In this document: positions 28,386 through 37,881 of the stretch, in pieces | Position numbering within the stretch: position 1 is the stretch's first letter | Layout: each line of letters starts with the position of its first letter | From: Chloroflexota bacterium | GTDB taxonomy: Bacteria > Chloroflexota > Dehalococcoidia > JACVQG01 > JAHKAY01 | NCBI GenBank assembly: GCA_018825785.1 | Contig: JAHKAY010000029.1 | Location: 4,143 to 68,142, forward strand | Direction of reading: 5' to 3' | Length of the DNA stretch: 64,000 nt | Program-made: the position numbers and the translations under genes | The notes under the pieces: model-generated | What the model was told of the DNA's origin: nothing | Database searches by the model: none | The model's input: only the letters and a program-made list of their open reading frames with translations

Positions 28386-29366
28386 CTAGCCCTCTTTCAG
28401 CCACCGGGCGGCCTCCTTGGCGTGGTAGGTGATGATGAAGTCCGTCCCCGCCCTCTTGATGGCGGTGAGGACCTCCAGGGCGGCCCTCCTCTCCTCCAGC
28501 CAGCCATTTTGGGCGGCGGCCTTCACCATGGCGTATTCCCCGCTGACATTGTAGGCGGCCAGGGGATACGGGAAGTTGTCCCTGGCCTGGGCGATGACAT
28601 CCAGGTAGGCGAGAGCGGGCTTGACCAGGATGATATCGGCCCCCTCCATCACATCCTGCTCAATCTCCCTCATGGCCTCCCGGACATTGGCGGGGTCCAT
28701 CTGGTAGCCCCGGCGGTGGCCGAACTTGGGGGCGGACTCCACCGCCTCGCGGAAGGGCTCAAAGAAGGCGGAGGCGTATTTGGCGGAATAGGCCATGATG
28801 GGGATATGGGAGAAGCCCTGCTCATCCAGCCTCTCCCGGATAGAGGCCACCTGCCCGTCCATCATGGCGGAGGGGGCCACGATATCAGCCCTGGCCTCGG
28901 CCTGGGAGAGGGCAGCGCGGGCCAGGAGCTCCAGAGTGCGATCGTTGTCCACCTCCCCCCCTGTCACCACCCCGCAGTGGCCGTGGGTAGTATATTCACA
29001 GAGGCAGACATCGGTGATGACCACAAGTTCCGGCACAGTCCCCTTTATCTCCCGTATGGCCTCCTGGACGATGCCCCGGGGGTCACAGGCCTCTGAGCCC
29101 TCCTCGTCCTTCCGCGAAGGGATGCCGAAGAGTAGGACAGCCGGGATGCCCAGCTTGTGGGCCTCCTCCGCCTCCTTAGCGGCCATATCAGGGGAGAGGC
29201 GGCAGATACCGGGCATGGAGGTAATTTCCTGGCGCTGGGCCCGGCCGGGGACCACAAAGAGGGGATAGACCAGGTCCTGGACGGAGAGCCTGGTCTCCCG
29301 GACCAGACCCCGCAGGCCCTGAGTGCGGCGCAGCCTCCGCAGCCTCAGCTGAGGAAAAGTGCTCAT
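28386..29366 (-). CDS. hemB: porphobilinogen synthase (delta-aminolevulinate dehydratase)
   Basis: 326 aa with the HemB active-site lysines and metal region (DVCLCEYTTHGHCG). Confidence 0.95.
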   Translation of the reverse strand: MSTFPQLRLRRLRRTQGLRGLVRETRLSVQDLVYPLFVVPGRAQRQEITSMPGICRLSPDMAAKEAEEAHKLGIPAVLLFGIPSRKDEEGSEACDPRGIVQEAIREIKGTVPELVVITDVCLCEYTTHGHCGVVTGGEVDNDRTLELLARAALSQAEARADIVAPSAMMDGQVASIRERLDEQGFSHIPIMAYSAKYASAFFEPFREAVESAPKFGHRRGYQMDPANVREAMREIEQDVMEGADIILVKPALAYLDVIAQARDNFPYPLAAYNVSGEYAMVKAAAQNGWLEERRAALEVLTAIKRAGTDFIITYHAKEAARWLKEG

Positions 29367-30865
29367 CCCGCTCCTTTCTGGCAGTATTCCACCATGGCCC
29401 TCACCAGGCCGGGGATGGTGTGTTCCGGGGCTTCTATATCTACCTTCAGGCCCAGCCCCTTGGCGGTGTCGGCGGTCTGGGGGCCGATGCAGGCCACCCG
29501 GGCACCGGCCAGGGCCTCCCAGCTCCCCCTCAGGGCCCGGAAGAGGCCCTGGACGGTGGAGGAGCTGGTGAAGGCGACCATGTCTATCCCCTTTATTTTC
29601 TTCTTGATGTCCCTTTCTTTTGTGAGGCGGGTCCGGTAGGCCACCGCCTGGTCCACCCTGGCCCCCAGGGCCCGGAGCCCTTCCCCCAGCCCCTCCCCCG
29701 CAAGGTTGGTGCGGGGGAGGAGGACGCGGGTACCCTTCAGGTCCTGGGAGGCCATCTCCCTGGCGATGCCCTCGGTGGAATACTCCCGGGGGACCAGGTC
29801 CGCGCGGAGGCCATAGGGTTTCAGGGACTCTCCCGTGGCGGGGCCGATGGCCAGGAGGCGGGCCTGGCCCAGGGCCCGGGCGTCCTTTCCCCGGGCGAAG
29901 AGTCTCTCAAAGAAGGCCTCTATCCCCTTCGGGCTGGTAAAGACCACCCAGTCGTATTCCCCCAGCCTGTCCAGGGCCCTGTCCAGGCGCGGGCTGGGGG
30001 CAGAATAGGTCTCTATGGTGGGGACCTCCACTGGCTGGGCACCCTCCCGGGCCAGGAGGGCGGAGAGGCGGCTAGCCTCAGTGGTGGGCCGTGTGACCAG
30101 CACCCTTTTCCCCAGGAGGGGCTTCTTTTCAAACCAGGAAAGGAGGGGGCGCAGGCTCACCACCTCTCCAACCACCAGCACCGCCGGGGGGGCCAGCTTT
30201 TCCTCCTTGGTCCTGGCGGCGATGTCCTGTAATGTGGCCGTAATAGTTCTCTGCTGAGGGCGGGTCCCCCACTGGATGAGGGCGGCGGGGGTGGTGGGGG
30301 GTCGGCCGTGGCGGATGAGCTCCCGGGCAATCCTGGACAGGTTCTCCACCCCCATGAGGAAGACCAGGGTATCCGCCCCCCCAGCCAGCCGGGCCCAGTC
30401 CAGGCGTTCCTTTTCCTCCCCGGGTTGCCCGGTGATGACGGCGAAGGAGGAGGCAAACTGGCGGTGGGTTACCGGGATGCCGGCATAGGCAGGGGCGGCT
30501 ACGGCAGAGGAGACGCCGGGGACCACCTCAAAGGGGACCCCGGCCCGGGCCAGGGCCTCCGCCTCCTCCCCACCCCTCCCCAGGACAAAGGGGTCTCCCC
30601 CTTTAAGCCGGACCACGAGTTTCCCCTCCCGGGCCTTCTCTATGAGGGTCCGGTTTATCTCCTCTTGGTCAAAGGCCCTTACCCCGCGGGCCTTTCCCGC
30701 ATAGATAAGCTCCGCCCCTTTAGGGGGGCACTTCAGCAGGTCCTTTGCCACCAGGCGATCATAGACCACCACCTGGGCATGATGGAGGAGCTGGAGGCCC
30801 TTGAAAGTGATAAGCCCCGGGTCCCCCGGCCCCGCCCCTACAAGATACACCTTCCCTGTTTCCAT
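29363..30865 (-). CDS. cobA-hemD: fused uroporphyrinogen-III C-methyltransferase / uroporphyrinogen-III synthase
   Basis: N-terminal METGKVYLVGAGPGDPGLITFKG (SUMT) and a C-terminal HemD domain. The ATG at 30865 overlaps the hemC stop (ATGA). The 5' PG-rich extension to 31213 was rejected. Confidence 0.88.
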   Translation of the reverse strand: METGKVYLVGAGPGDPGLITFKGLQLLHHAQVVVYDRLVAKDLLKCPPKGAELIYAGKARGVRAFDQEEINRTLIEKAREGKLVVRLKGGDPFVLGRGGEEAEALARAGVPFEVVPGVSSAVAAPAYAGIPVTHRQFASSFAVITGQPGEEKERLDWARLAGGADTLVFLMGVENLSRIARELIRHGRPPTTPAALIQWGTRPQQRTITATLQDIAARTKEEKLAPPAVLVVGEVVSLRPLLSWFEKKPLLGKRVLVTRPTTEASRLSALLAREGAQPVEVPTIETYSAPSPRLDRALDRLGEYDWVVFTSPKGIEAFFERLFARGKDARALGQARLLAIGPATGESLKPYGLRADLVPREYSTEGIAREMASQDLKGTRVLLPRTNLAGEGLGEGLRALGARVDQAVAYRTRLTKERDIKKKIKGIDMVAFTSSSTVQGLFRALRGSWEALAGARVACIGPQTADTAKGLGLKVDIEAPEHTIPGLVRAMVEYCQKGAG

Positions 30866-31812
30866 CAGAGGGCCACCTCCTTCAAGATTTCCCCTGCCCC
30901 CTGCTCCAGGAGCTTCTGGGCCAATGCCCGGCCGGTGGCCTCGGGGTTTTCCCCCTCGGCCTTGTCCCGGAGCACCCTTTCCCCGGTGGGGGAGGCCACC
31001 AGCCCCTGGAGGAGGAGGCGTTGGCCAGCCATCTCCCCCAGGGCGGCGATGGGGTAATGACAACCGCCCCCCAGGGCCTCCAGGAAGGCCCTTTCTGCTG
31101 TGATGGCCAGGCGGGTGGGGGGGTGGTCCAGGGCGGCCAGCATCTCCGCCAGTTCCGCATCCCCCTCCCTCATCTCCACTGCCAGGGCCCCCTGCCCCAC
31201 CGAGGGCAGGCAAATCTCCGGCGGGATAAACTGGCTAATCCTATCCCCCCAGCCCAGGCGGAGGAGCCCCGCCGCCGCCACCACCGCCGTCTCCACCATG
31301 CCGGAGGCCACCTTCCTCAGCCGGGTGTCCATGTTGCCCCTCATTTCCACCAGGGCCAGGTCGGGGCGGAAGGCTTTTAGCTGGGCGGAGCGGCGGGGGC
31401 TGGAGGTCCCCACCCTGGCCCCGGGGGGCAGCCCGTCCAGGGACAGGCCCTCCCGGGATACCAGGGCATCCCTGGGGTCCAGACGGCGGGTGATGCAGGC
31501 CACGGTGATGCCGGGATTGGGCTCGGTGGGCAGGTCCTTGAAGCTGTGGACGGCCATATCCACCTCCCCCCGCCGGAGGGCCTCCTGGACCTCCTTGACA
31601 AAGACCCCTTTCCCCCCTATCCGGGACAGGGGCACATCCCGCAGTATGTCCCCCCGGGTCTCTATCTTTCTGATGCTGAACTCCCGGCGAGGATAGAGGG
31701 CCTGAAGGCCTTCCAGCACCTCCTGGGTCTGGGTCAGGGCCAGCAGGCTTCCCCGGGAGCCCAGGACGAGGGGCCTATTCAGGGGGCTTTTCCTCCAGGC
31801 CGAAGAGCTCAA
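30865..31812 (-). CDS. hemC: hydroxymethylbilane synthase (porphobilinogen deaminase)
   Basis: 315 aa with LVLGSRGSLLALTQ and the dipyrromethane cofactor Cys region. TTG start at 31812 overlapping the hemA end; start uncertain. Confidence 0.88.
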   Translation of the reverse strand: MSSSAWRKSPLNRPLVLGSRGSLLALTQTQEVLEGLQALYPRREFSIRKIETRGDILRDVPLSRIGGKGVFVKEVQEALRRGEVDMAVHSFKDLPTEPNPGITVACITRRLDPRDALVSREGLSLDGLPPGARVGTSSPRRSAQLKAFRPDLALVEMRGNMDTRLRKVASGMVETAVVAAAGLLRLGWGDRISQFIPPEICLPSVGQGALAVEMREGDAELAEMLAALDHPPTRLAITAERAFLEALGGGCHYPIAALGEMAGQRLLLQGLVASPTGERVLRDKAEGENPEATGRALAQKLLEQGAGEILKEVAL

Positions 31813-33025
31813 GGGCGGCCTGGCGGAGGCCCGGGTCCCGCTTGAGCCTGGTGATGGTGGGGTGGAGGAGCTTGTTCAGGATGGCCTTGGTGAGCCGGTC
31901 CACCCTCTCCCGGCCATGGGGCGGGAGGCCCAGGGCCTTGAGGCTCTTCTCAACTTCCCTCTGCCGGATGGCCTCGGCCTTCTCCCTCAGGGCGACGATG
32001 GCGGGGACGGCCTCCTGGGCCCGCCACCAGCGTTTGGCCCTCCCTATCTCCTCCTCCACGATGGCCTCCACCCTCTTGACCTCCCTCTGCCGCTCCTCCA
32101 GGCCTACCTGGGAGATGGCCTGGAGGTCGTCTATGTTATATAGGGAGACCCCGGGTATGCCTTTCACGCCGGGGTCAATGTCCCTGGGCACGGCGATATC
32201 AATGAGCAGGAGGGGCCGCTGGGGCCTTCCCGCCATGGACTCCGCTACCTGGGAGGGGCCCAGGATGAAGCCGGGGGCCCCGGTGCTGCTGATAACAATA
32301 TCCGATGCGGCCATGACCCGGGGGAGCTGGGAGAAGGGAACGGCCTGGCCACCCAGAGTGCGGGCCAGGGCCTGGGCCCGAGAATAGGTCCGGTTGGTGA
32401 CCATCACCTGGCCCGCTCCGCATCCCTTCACTATCTTGCCGGTGAGCTTCCCCGTCTCCCCGGCGCTGATGATGATGATGTTACAGGGGGCCAGGTCCCC
32501 CAGGAGCTTGCGGGCCAGGAGGACAGCCACATGGCTCACCGAGACTGGGTAGTGGGAGATGAGGGTCTCACGCCTTGCCCTCTTGCCCACCATGAGGGCA
32601 TGGCGGAAGAGGCGGGAGAGGGGCCGGGGGCAGGAGCGGGCCGCCAGGGCCAGGTCCAGGGCCTGGCGCACCTGCCCCTGAATCTGGTCTTCCCCCAGGA
32701 CCATGGAGTCCACCCCCGCCGTCACCCGGAAAAGGTGGCGCATGGCCTCCTCCTGGGTGTAGCTATATGTATACGGGGAGAAGTTTCCCAGCTCCCGCCC
32801 ACGCTGGGAGCTGAGGAAGTCCTCCAGTTCCTGCGGGGAGAGGGATGAATCGGTCCCCAGGGCGTAGACCTCACTGCGGTTGCAGGTGGAGAGGATTACC
32901 CCCCCCAGGATATGCCGGGGCAGGGAGCGGAGGGCGGACTTCACCGCCTCGGGGGTGAGGGCTGCCCTCTCCCGCACCTCCAGGGGGGCTGTCTTGTGGC
33001 TGAGGCCAACGGCAAGCAGGAACAA
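31775..33025 (-). CDS. hemA: glutamyl-tRNA reductase
   Basis: HemA N-terminus (F)LLAVGLSHKTAPLEVRE, an NADPH-binding domain and a dimerisation domain. Likely TTG start at 33025, 2 nt after the sirC stop. The ORF is open to 33313, but the PG-rich extension was rejected. Confidence 0.85.
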   Translation of the reverse strand: MFLLAVGLSHKTAPLEVRERAALTPEAVKSALRSLPRHILGGVILSTCNRSEVYALGTDSSLSPQELEDFLSSQRGRELGNFSPYTYSYTQEEAMRHLFRVTAGVDSMVLGEDQIQGQVRQALDLALAARSCPRPLSRLFRHALMVGKRARRETLISHYPVSVSHVAVLLARKLLGDLAPCNIIIISAGETGKLTGKIVKGCGAGQVMVTNRTYSRAQALARTLGGQAVPFSQLPRVMAASDIVISSTGAPGFILGPSQVAESMAGRPQRPLLLIDIAVPRDIDPGVKGIPGVSLYNIDDLQAISQVGLEERQREVKRVEAIVEEEIGRAKRWWRAQEAVPAIVALREKAEAIRQREVEKSLKALGLPPHGRERVDRLTKAILNKLLHPTITRLKRDPGLRQAALELFGLEEKPPE

Positions 33026-33027
33026 GC

Positions 33028-33636
33028 CTATATCCTCATGGCCCGGGAAAGGGTGTCTCGGGCCTCCTCCCTTTTCCCCTGGCGCAGGAGCTCCAGGGCA
33101 GGCCCGAGGGACTGGCGCAGGGCCTCCAGGGTGCGCCCCTGGGCCTTTGGCCGTAGCTCCGCCAGGAGCTCCAGGAGGGGGCCATACTCCTCCCCGAACT
33201 CCTCCTCCAGCTCCTCCCGCAGGTAGCGGGCCAGGGCAGGGCTCAGGCCACTGGTGGAGATGGCCAGGATAAGGCCCCCCCGGCGGACCACCGAGGGTAC
33301 GATGAAACTGCACTCTTTGGGGCTGTCCACCACATTCACCAGCAGGCCCCTTTCCCCGGCCTCCCGGGCGACCCGGGCGTTCACCTCCCGCCGTGAGGCG
33401 GCGGAGATAACCAGGGCCACCCCATCCAGGTCCTGGCCCTGGTATTCCCTGGGGACCAGCTCCACCACCCCTTCTTTCCCCAGGGCTTCAAGCCTGGGGG
33501 TGAAGCGGGGGGCTACCACCCTCACCCGGGCCCCCGCCTCCAGGAGGGAGACGGCCTTCCTTTCGGCCACCACCCCACCCCCCACCACCAGGCAAGGCCG
33601 GCCCTCCAGCTTGAGCACAATCGGATAGTAAGACAT
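33028..33636 (-). CDS. sirC: precorrin-2 dehydrogenase / sirohydrochlorin ferrochelatase (SirC/Met8-like)
   Basis: MSYYPIVLKLEGRPCLVVGGGVVAERKA Rossmann N-terminus typical of CysG-N/SirC. The ATG at 33636 is 3 nt after the ahbAB stop. Confidence 0.75.
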   Translation of the reverse strand: MSYYPIVLKLEGRPCLVVGGGVVAERKAVSLLEAGARVRVVAPRFTPRLEALGKEGVVELVPREYQGQDLDGVALVISAASRREVNARVAREAGERGLLVNVVDSPKECSFIVPSVVRRGGLILAISTSGLSPALARYLREELEEEFGEEYGPLLELLAELRPKAQGRTLEALRQSLGPALELLRQGKREEARDTLSRAMRI

Positions 33637-33638
33637 GG

Positions 33639-34583
33639 CTACCAGAAATATCTCGCGTTCTCTTTCTTGAACTCCCTGGTGCTGAACAGGACAAGATAAT
33701 CGTCCGTTCCGCTCTCCCTGGAGAGGTGCCGGGCCAGGGCCAGGCACTCCTCCCGGGAGGGGGCATGGGTCATGGTATAGAGGCTGTATTGCCAGTGGGG
33801 ATATGCCGGGCGCTGGTAGCAGTGGCTCACCTGGGGGAGGACGGCAAAGTGCCTCCCCACCGTCCCCAGCTTTGCCTCTGGCACGGCCCAGCAGCCGAGG
33901 GCATTGGCGGAAAAGCCCATCTTGCGGTGCCAGAGGAGGGCGGCATAGCGGCGCATGGCCCCCTTCTCCTTGAGCCTCCGGGCCTGGGCCAGGAGGACTC
34001 TTTCCTCCAGGCCCGCCCTTTCGGCCAGGGCTGCGAAGGGCTCCTCTTCCAGCGGCAGGTCCTGCTGGAGTGCCCGCACTGCAAGTTTCACTTGCTCAGA
34101 AAGGCGAAGGGGCCGGGCCGAGTCCCCAGCCTCCACGGGCAGGGTCTGGCCGGAGGGGGAGAAGAGGACGCCTATCTTGAAGACCTGTAATGTTGGCAGG
34201 AAGAGAGTGTCCTCCGCCCCGGCGGCCTCTCCCAGGCGGAGGGCCTCGGCCCGGAGGTCCTGCTCCCCGGGGAGGGCGAGGGTGAACCAGAGGTCATAGT
34301 CATGTTCCCGGGCGTAGTTGTGGCTCACCCCGGGGTGGGGGTTGATAGCCCGGGCCGCCTCCTCCAGCCCCTGCGGCCGGACCTTCAGGGCCACCAGGGC
34401 GGTCTTGTATCCCAGGGCCCGGGCCTGAAAGATGCCGGCAATTTCTCGGACCAGCCCCTCCTCCTTGAGCCGGCGTACCCGTTCCAGGACATCATTCATA
34501 CCAAGCTCCCGGCCCAGGGCCTGGAAGGGCCTCCTCACCAGGGGGACACCCCGCTGGAGGCGCTCCAGAAGCTTCTCGTCCAT
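33639..34583 (-). CDS. ahbAB: siroheme decarboxylase, fused AhbA/AhbB (two Lrp/AsnC-like domains; NirDL-like)
   Basis: Two tandem AsnC-type HTH plus ligand-binding halves (MDEKLLERLQRGVPL ... and a second repeat). Located between the radical-SAM NirJ-like genes and sirC. Confidence 0.65.
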   Translation of the reverse strand: MDEKLLERLQRGVPLVRRPFQALGRELGMNDVLERVRRLKEEGLVREIAGIFQARALGYKTALVALKVRPQGLEEAARAINPHPGVSHNYAREHDYDLWFTLALPGEQDLRAEALRLGEAAGAEDTLFLPTLQVFKIGVLFSPSGQTLPVEAGDSARPLRLSEQVKLAVRALQQDLPLEEEPFAALAERAGLEERVLLAQARRLKEKGAMRRYAALLWHRKMGFSANALGCWAVPEAKLGTVGRHFAVLPQVSHCYQRPAYPHWQYSLYTMTHAPSREECLALARHLSRESGTDDYLVLFSTREFKKENARYFW

Positions 34584-34594
34584 GCCGTCCCGCC

Positions 34595-35602
34595 TCATCC
34601 TCCATCCGGCTGATAGATACAGCTTGGGTCGGCTTCCAGGTAGTCGCCGGTCAGGGCATAGGCCCGGGCCCGGGAGCCGCCGCAGGTGGTGCGGTACTTG
34701 CAGACACCGCACTTCCCCTTGAGCCGCTCCGGGTCCCTCAGGTCCCGGAAGATGGGCGAATCCCGGTAGAGCTGGGCCAGGGGCGTCACCCTCACATTCC
34801 CCGCGCAGAGGGGGAGGAAGCCGGAGGGGTTGACCTCCCCGATGTGGGAGACGAAGAGACAGCCCCGGCCATCGTTTACCCAGGCGCGGTTATTCCCTCC
34901 CTGCTGAAGCACCACCCGGCGGTAGGCCTCGGCGGCGGTAGTCTTTATCTCAAAGGGGGCCTCCCGGGAGAGGCGGTAGAGCCAGCGATAGACCTCCTCG
35001 TGCTCCTGAGGCAAAATCCCGTCCTCTTTCTGGGCCCGGCCCGTGGGCACCAGGAAGAAGAGGTCCCACAGCATTGCCCCGGAGGCCGCCACAAATGTGG
35101 CCAGGGCAGGGAGGTCATGGAGGTTATGGCGGGTCAGGGTGGTGCTGACCTGGAAGGGAAGGCCTGCCTCCTTCACCCTGTCCATGGCTTTCAGGGTCTG
35201 CTGGAAGGAGCCGGCCATCCCCCGGAAGCCGTCGTGGACCTGGTGGGTGGAGCCATCCAGGCTGATGGAGAGGCGCCCCGCCCCCAGGGCCCTGGCCCTT
35301 TCCAGGAAGTCCTTGCTCAGGCGGGAGGTGGCGCTGGGGGCCAGGGAGACCCGCAGGCCCCGCCCCACCCCGTAGGCGATGAGCTCCAGGAGGTCGGGGC
35401 GGGCCATGGCGTCCCCACCGGTCAGGATGAGAAGGGGGGTGCCCATGGCTTTTACCTGGTCTATGAGGTCCCTGCCCTCCTGGGTGGTGAGCTCCAGGGG
35501 GTGGCGCTGGGGCTGGGCCACCGCCCGGCAGTGGCGGCAGGCCAGGGGACAGGCCTTCGTCAACTCCCAGAAGACCAGGACGGGGGAGTCCCTCTCAGGC
35601 AA
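34595..35602 (-). CDS. NirJ-like radical SAM/SPASM protein (AhbC or AhbD heme-biosynthesis enzyme)
   Basis: CPLACRHC radical-SAM cluster motif and a C-terminal SPASM-like Cys cluster (CGVCKYRTTCGGSRARAY). Confidence 0.72.
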   Translation of the reverse strand: MPERDSPVLVFWELTKACPLACRHCRAVAQPQRHPLELTTQEGRDLIDQVKAMGTPLLILTGGDAMARPDLLELIAYGVGRGLRVSLAPSATSRLSKDFLERARALGAGRLSISLDGSTHQVHDGFRGMAGSFQQTLKAMDRVKEAGLPFQVSTTLTRHNLHDLPALATFVAASGAMLWDLFFLVPTGRAQKEDGILPQEHEEVYRWLYRLSREAPFEIKTTAAEAYRRVVLQQGGNNRAWVNDGRGCLFVSHIGEVNPSGFLPLCAGNVRVTPLAQLYRDSPIFRDLRDPERLKGKCGVCKYRTTCGGSRARAYALTGDYLEADPSCIYQPDGG

Positions 35603-36737
35603 GGCCTATCTCCTCGTCGCTGAGGTAGCAGGCGGGGTCGGGGGCCCATATATCGCCATGGACCGCCTCCGCCCGGACCCGGAAGTTGCCCCCGCAGAGC
35701 TCCTGGTAGCGGCAGAGGCCACAGCGCCCGGTGAGGTGTTTCCTCCGCTCCCTGAGGGACTGGAGGAGGGGCTGGGAGGGGTCTTCCCATATCCGGGAAA
35801 AGGGCCTCTCCTTCAAATTACCCAGGGAATAATGCCTCCAGAACTGGTCGGGGTGGACCCCTCCCCTCTCATCTATGGCCCCGATGCCCACCCCTGAGCT
35901 GTTCCCCCCGTTCTTTAAGAGTTCCCGGTAGATATCTTCCGCCCTGCCCGGCTCACCCTCCCGGAGCCTGAGGTAGAGATAGACGCTGTCGGCGTGGTTG
36001 TCCACCGTCATGACCTCCCGCATCCCGTTCCTGTTCAGCTCCCGGGTGCGCTGGAAGATGAGGTCCATGAGGTCCCGGGTCTCCTGTGGCCCCAGGTCCC
36101 AGTCCTTTAGCTTTGAGCCCCGCCCGGAATACACCAGGTGATAGAAACACAGGCGGTCAATCCCTTCATCCCTGACAAGGTCGAAGATGGCGGGGACCTG
36201 GGGGGCATTGTGGCGGGTGAGGGTGAAGCGCACCCCCGTCCTTATCCCCGCCTCTCGTATATGCCCCAGCCCCTGGAGGGCCTCCCGGAAGGCCCCCTTT
36301 TTCCCGCGGAAGCGGTCATGGGCCTCCTCCAGCCCGTCCAGGCTCACCCCCACGTAGGAAACCCCGGCTTTCTTCAGGGCCGAGGCCATCTCCCCGGTGA
36401 TGAGGGTGCCATTGGTGGAGATTACCGCCTTCATTCCCCTTTGAGTGGCATGGGCCACCAGCTCCAGGAGGTCCTCCCTGATAGTGGGTTCCCCCCCCGA
36501 GAAGAGGACGACCGGGACGCCGTAGCTGGCCAGGTCTTCCAGCAGGGCCTTGCCCTCGGCCGTACTCAGTTCTCCCTCTGTCCTCTCCCTGGCCTCGGCA
36601 TAGCAGTGGAGGCAGTGGAGGTTACAGCGCTGGGTGAGGTTCCACACCACCACCGGGCGGCGGTGCCGGGCCGGGCCGTAGCGCAGGGAGTCGCCTGGCA
36701 TGGGAAGCCCCAGCAGGAGACGGGTTACAGATAGCAT
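35595..36737 (-). CDS. NirJ-like radical SAM/SPASM protein (AhbC or AhbD heme-biosynthesis enzyme)
   Basis: CNLHCLHCY radical-SAM motif, SGGEP, and a C-terminal CGLCRYQELCGG auxiliary cluster. Confidence 0.72.
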   Translation of the reverse strand: MLSVTRLLLGLPMPGDSLRYGPARHRRPVVVWNLTQRCNLHCLHCYAEARERTEGELSTAEGKALLEDLASYGVPVVLFSGGEPTIREDLLELVAHATQRGMKAVISTNGTLITGEMASALKKAGVSYVGVSLDGLEEAHDRFRGKKGAFREALQGLGHIREAGIRTGVRFTLTRHNAPQVPAIFDLVRDEGIDRLCFYHLVYSGRGSKLKDWDLGPQETRDLMDLIFQRTRELNRNGMREVMTVDNHADSVYLYLRLREGEPGRAEDIYRELLKNGGNSSGVGIGAIDERGGVHPDQFWRHYSLGNLKERPFSRIWEDPSQPLLQSLRERRKHLTGRCGLCRYQELCGGNFRVRAEAVHGDIWAPDPACYLSDEEIGLA

Positions 36738-37354
36738 CAGGGGACCTCCTTTTGATAGGCCTCGACCAGGGAAAGAAGGACCCGGTCCATCAGCCCGATT
36801 ACCCGAGGAAAGGCCTCAAGGGCCCTCCTGTTGACCGGCTGGCGGTCCCGAAGCACCTCCAGGGCGCTATCCACAATGCCGCTGCGGTAAAGGGTGAAGA
36901 CCTCCAGGGCCTCCGGGAGGGGCAGGCCCAGCCCCCCAAGGTGCCGGCCGTATTCCTCCCCCAGGGCCCGGGCCTCTTCCAGCAAGGCCTCCCGGCGGGA
37001 GGGGTGGGTAATATGGAGGACAAGGAGCTCAACCAGCCTTCTCCCCCTCTCCCTGAACTGGAGGCGTTGCTCTTCTCCCAGGGCCCCATACCAGGGCCTG
37101 GCCAAGAAGTATTGGCGGGCCATCCCCTGCTGGAGGGCGCGTTCTTCTATCCGGGCCACCAGGCCTTTCACTCCCTGGGCCTTGTGATGGCTCCGCAGAA
37201 AGGCTTCCAGGTCCGCCTCCTCATACCGGCGGTGGCCACCCGGGGTGACAAAGGCCTTTACCATGCCCTCATCGGTCCAATGACGGAGGGTGGTCTGGCT
37301 TACCCCCAGGAACAGACTCGCCTGGCCCAGGGTCAGCCTCTTTCCCCCCTTCAT
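36737..37354 (-). CDS. MerR-family transcriptional regulator (first gene of the hem/ahb operon)
   Basis: N-terminal HTH LTLGQASLFLGVSQTTLRHWTDEGMV. A promoter-like TTGCAC-N17/18-TACAAT lies upstream at 37418-37447. Confidence 0.65.
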   Translation of the reverse strand: MKGGKRLTLGQASLFLGVSQTTLRHWTDEGMVKAFVTPGGHRRYEEADLEAFLRSHHKAQGVKGLVARIEERALQQGMARQYFLARPWYGALGEEQRLQFRERGRRLVELLVLHITHPSRREALLEEARALGEEYGRHLGGLGLPLPEALEVFTLYRSGIVDSALEVLRDRQPVNRRALEAFPRVIGLMDRVLLSLVEAYQKEVP

Positions 37355-37417
37355 TCTATACCCAGACCGCAGCTCTCAAATACCATAGGAATCTATTAAA
37401 ATCCGCACAATGTAAAC

Positions 37418-37447
37418 GATTGTAACAGAAAAGGGCGGAGGGTGCAA
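37418..37447 (-). promoter_or_regulatory. sigma70-like promoter upstream of the MerR-hem operon
   Basis: Minus-strand TTGCAC (37447-37442), a 17-18 nt spacer, then TACAAT (37423-37418). Confidence 0.4.
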
Positions 37448-37464
37448 GGGCCTTTTTGAGGGTT

Positions 37465-37881
37465 TTAGCGGATGGTCAGCTCTTCCTCCGTGACCCGGCC
37501 CTGCCGGATAAAGAAGGCCCGGACCTGGGGGGCCTTGGGGTCCTGGAGGGAGATGATGAAGTACAGGGCGTCGGGCCAGAAGCCCAGCTCGACATCGGTG
37601 GCCGAGGGGTGGGCCTGGGTATGGGTATGGGAATGGTAGATGCCCAGAAGCTCCCACCCTTGCTTTTCTATCTCCTGGAGTAGCTGATAGAGCTCTTTGG
37701 GGTCCAGGCTGTAGCGTATGGGGCTCTTCAGTGCGTTGCGGGCGGTATAGACCCTCAGGACCTTGTGGTCCTTCCCCGCCAGGAGGCCGCAGCATTCGTC
37801 CGGGGCCTCCCGGCGAGCATGGTCTATCATTTCCTGGGCGAAGCCCTTCTCCAAAAGGAACAAGTTAGTTACCCCGCTCAA
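37465..37881 (-). CDS. mec: JAMM/MPN+ metalloprotease (Mec+/CysO-processing type)
   Basis: EAPDECCGLL plus the JAMM motif HSHTHTQAHPSATD (HxHx7Sx2D). Confidence 0.8.
   Translation of the reverse strand: MSGVTNLFLLEKGFAQEMIDHARREAPDECCGLLAGKDHKVLRVYTARNALKSPIRYSLDPKELYQLLQEIEKQGWELLGIYHSHTHTQAHPSATDVELGFWPDALYFIISLQDPKAPQVRAFFIRQGRVTEEELTIR

Noticed and set aside
30866-31213. 116-aa PG-rich N-terminal extension of cobA/hemD
   Set aside because: The conserved SUMT N-terminus METGKVYLVGAGPGDPG starts at the ATG at 30865, exactly overlapping the hemC stop. The extension is antisense-like low complexity inside hemC.
33026-33313. 96-aa PG-rich N-terminal extension of hemA
   Set aside because: It lies inside the sirC coding region. 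The conserved HemA N-terminus begins at the TTG at 33025.
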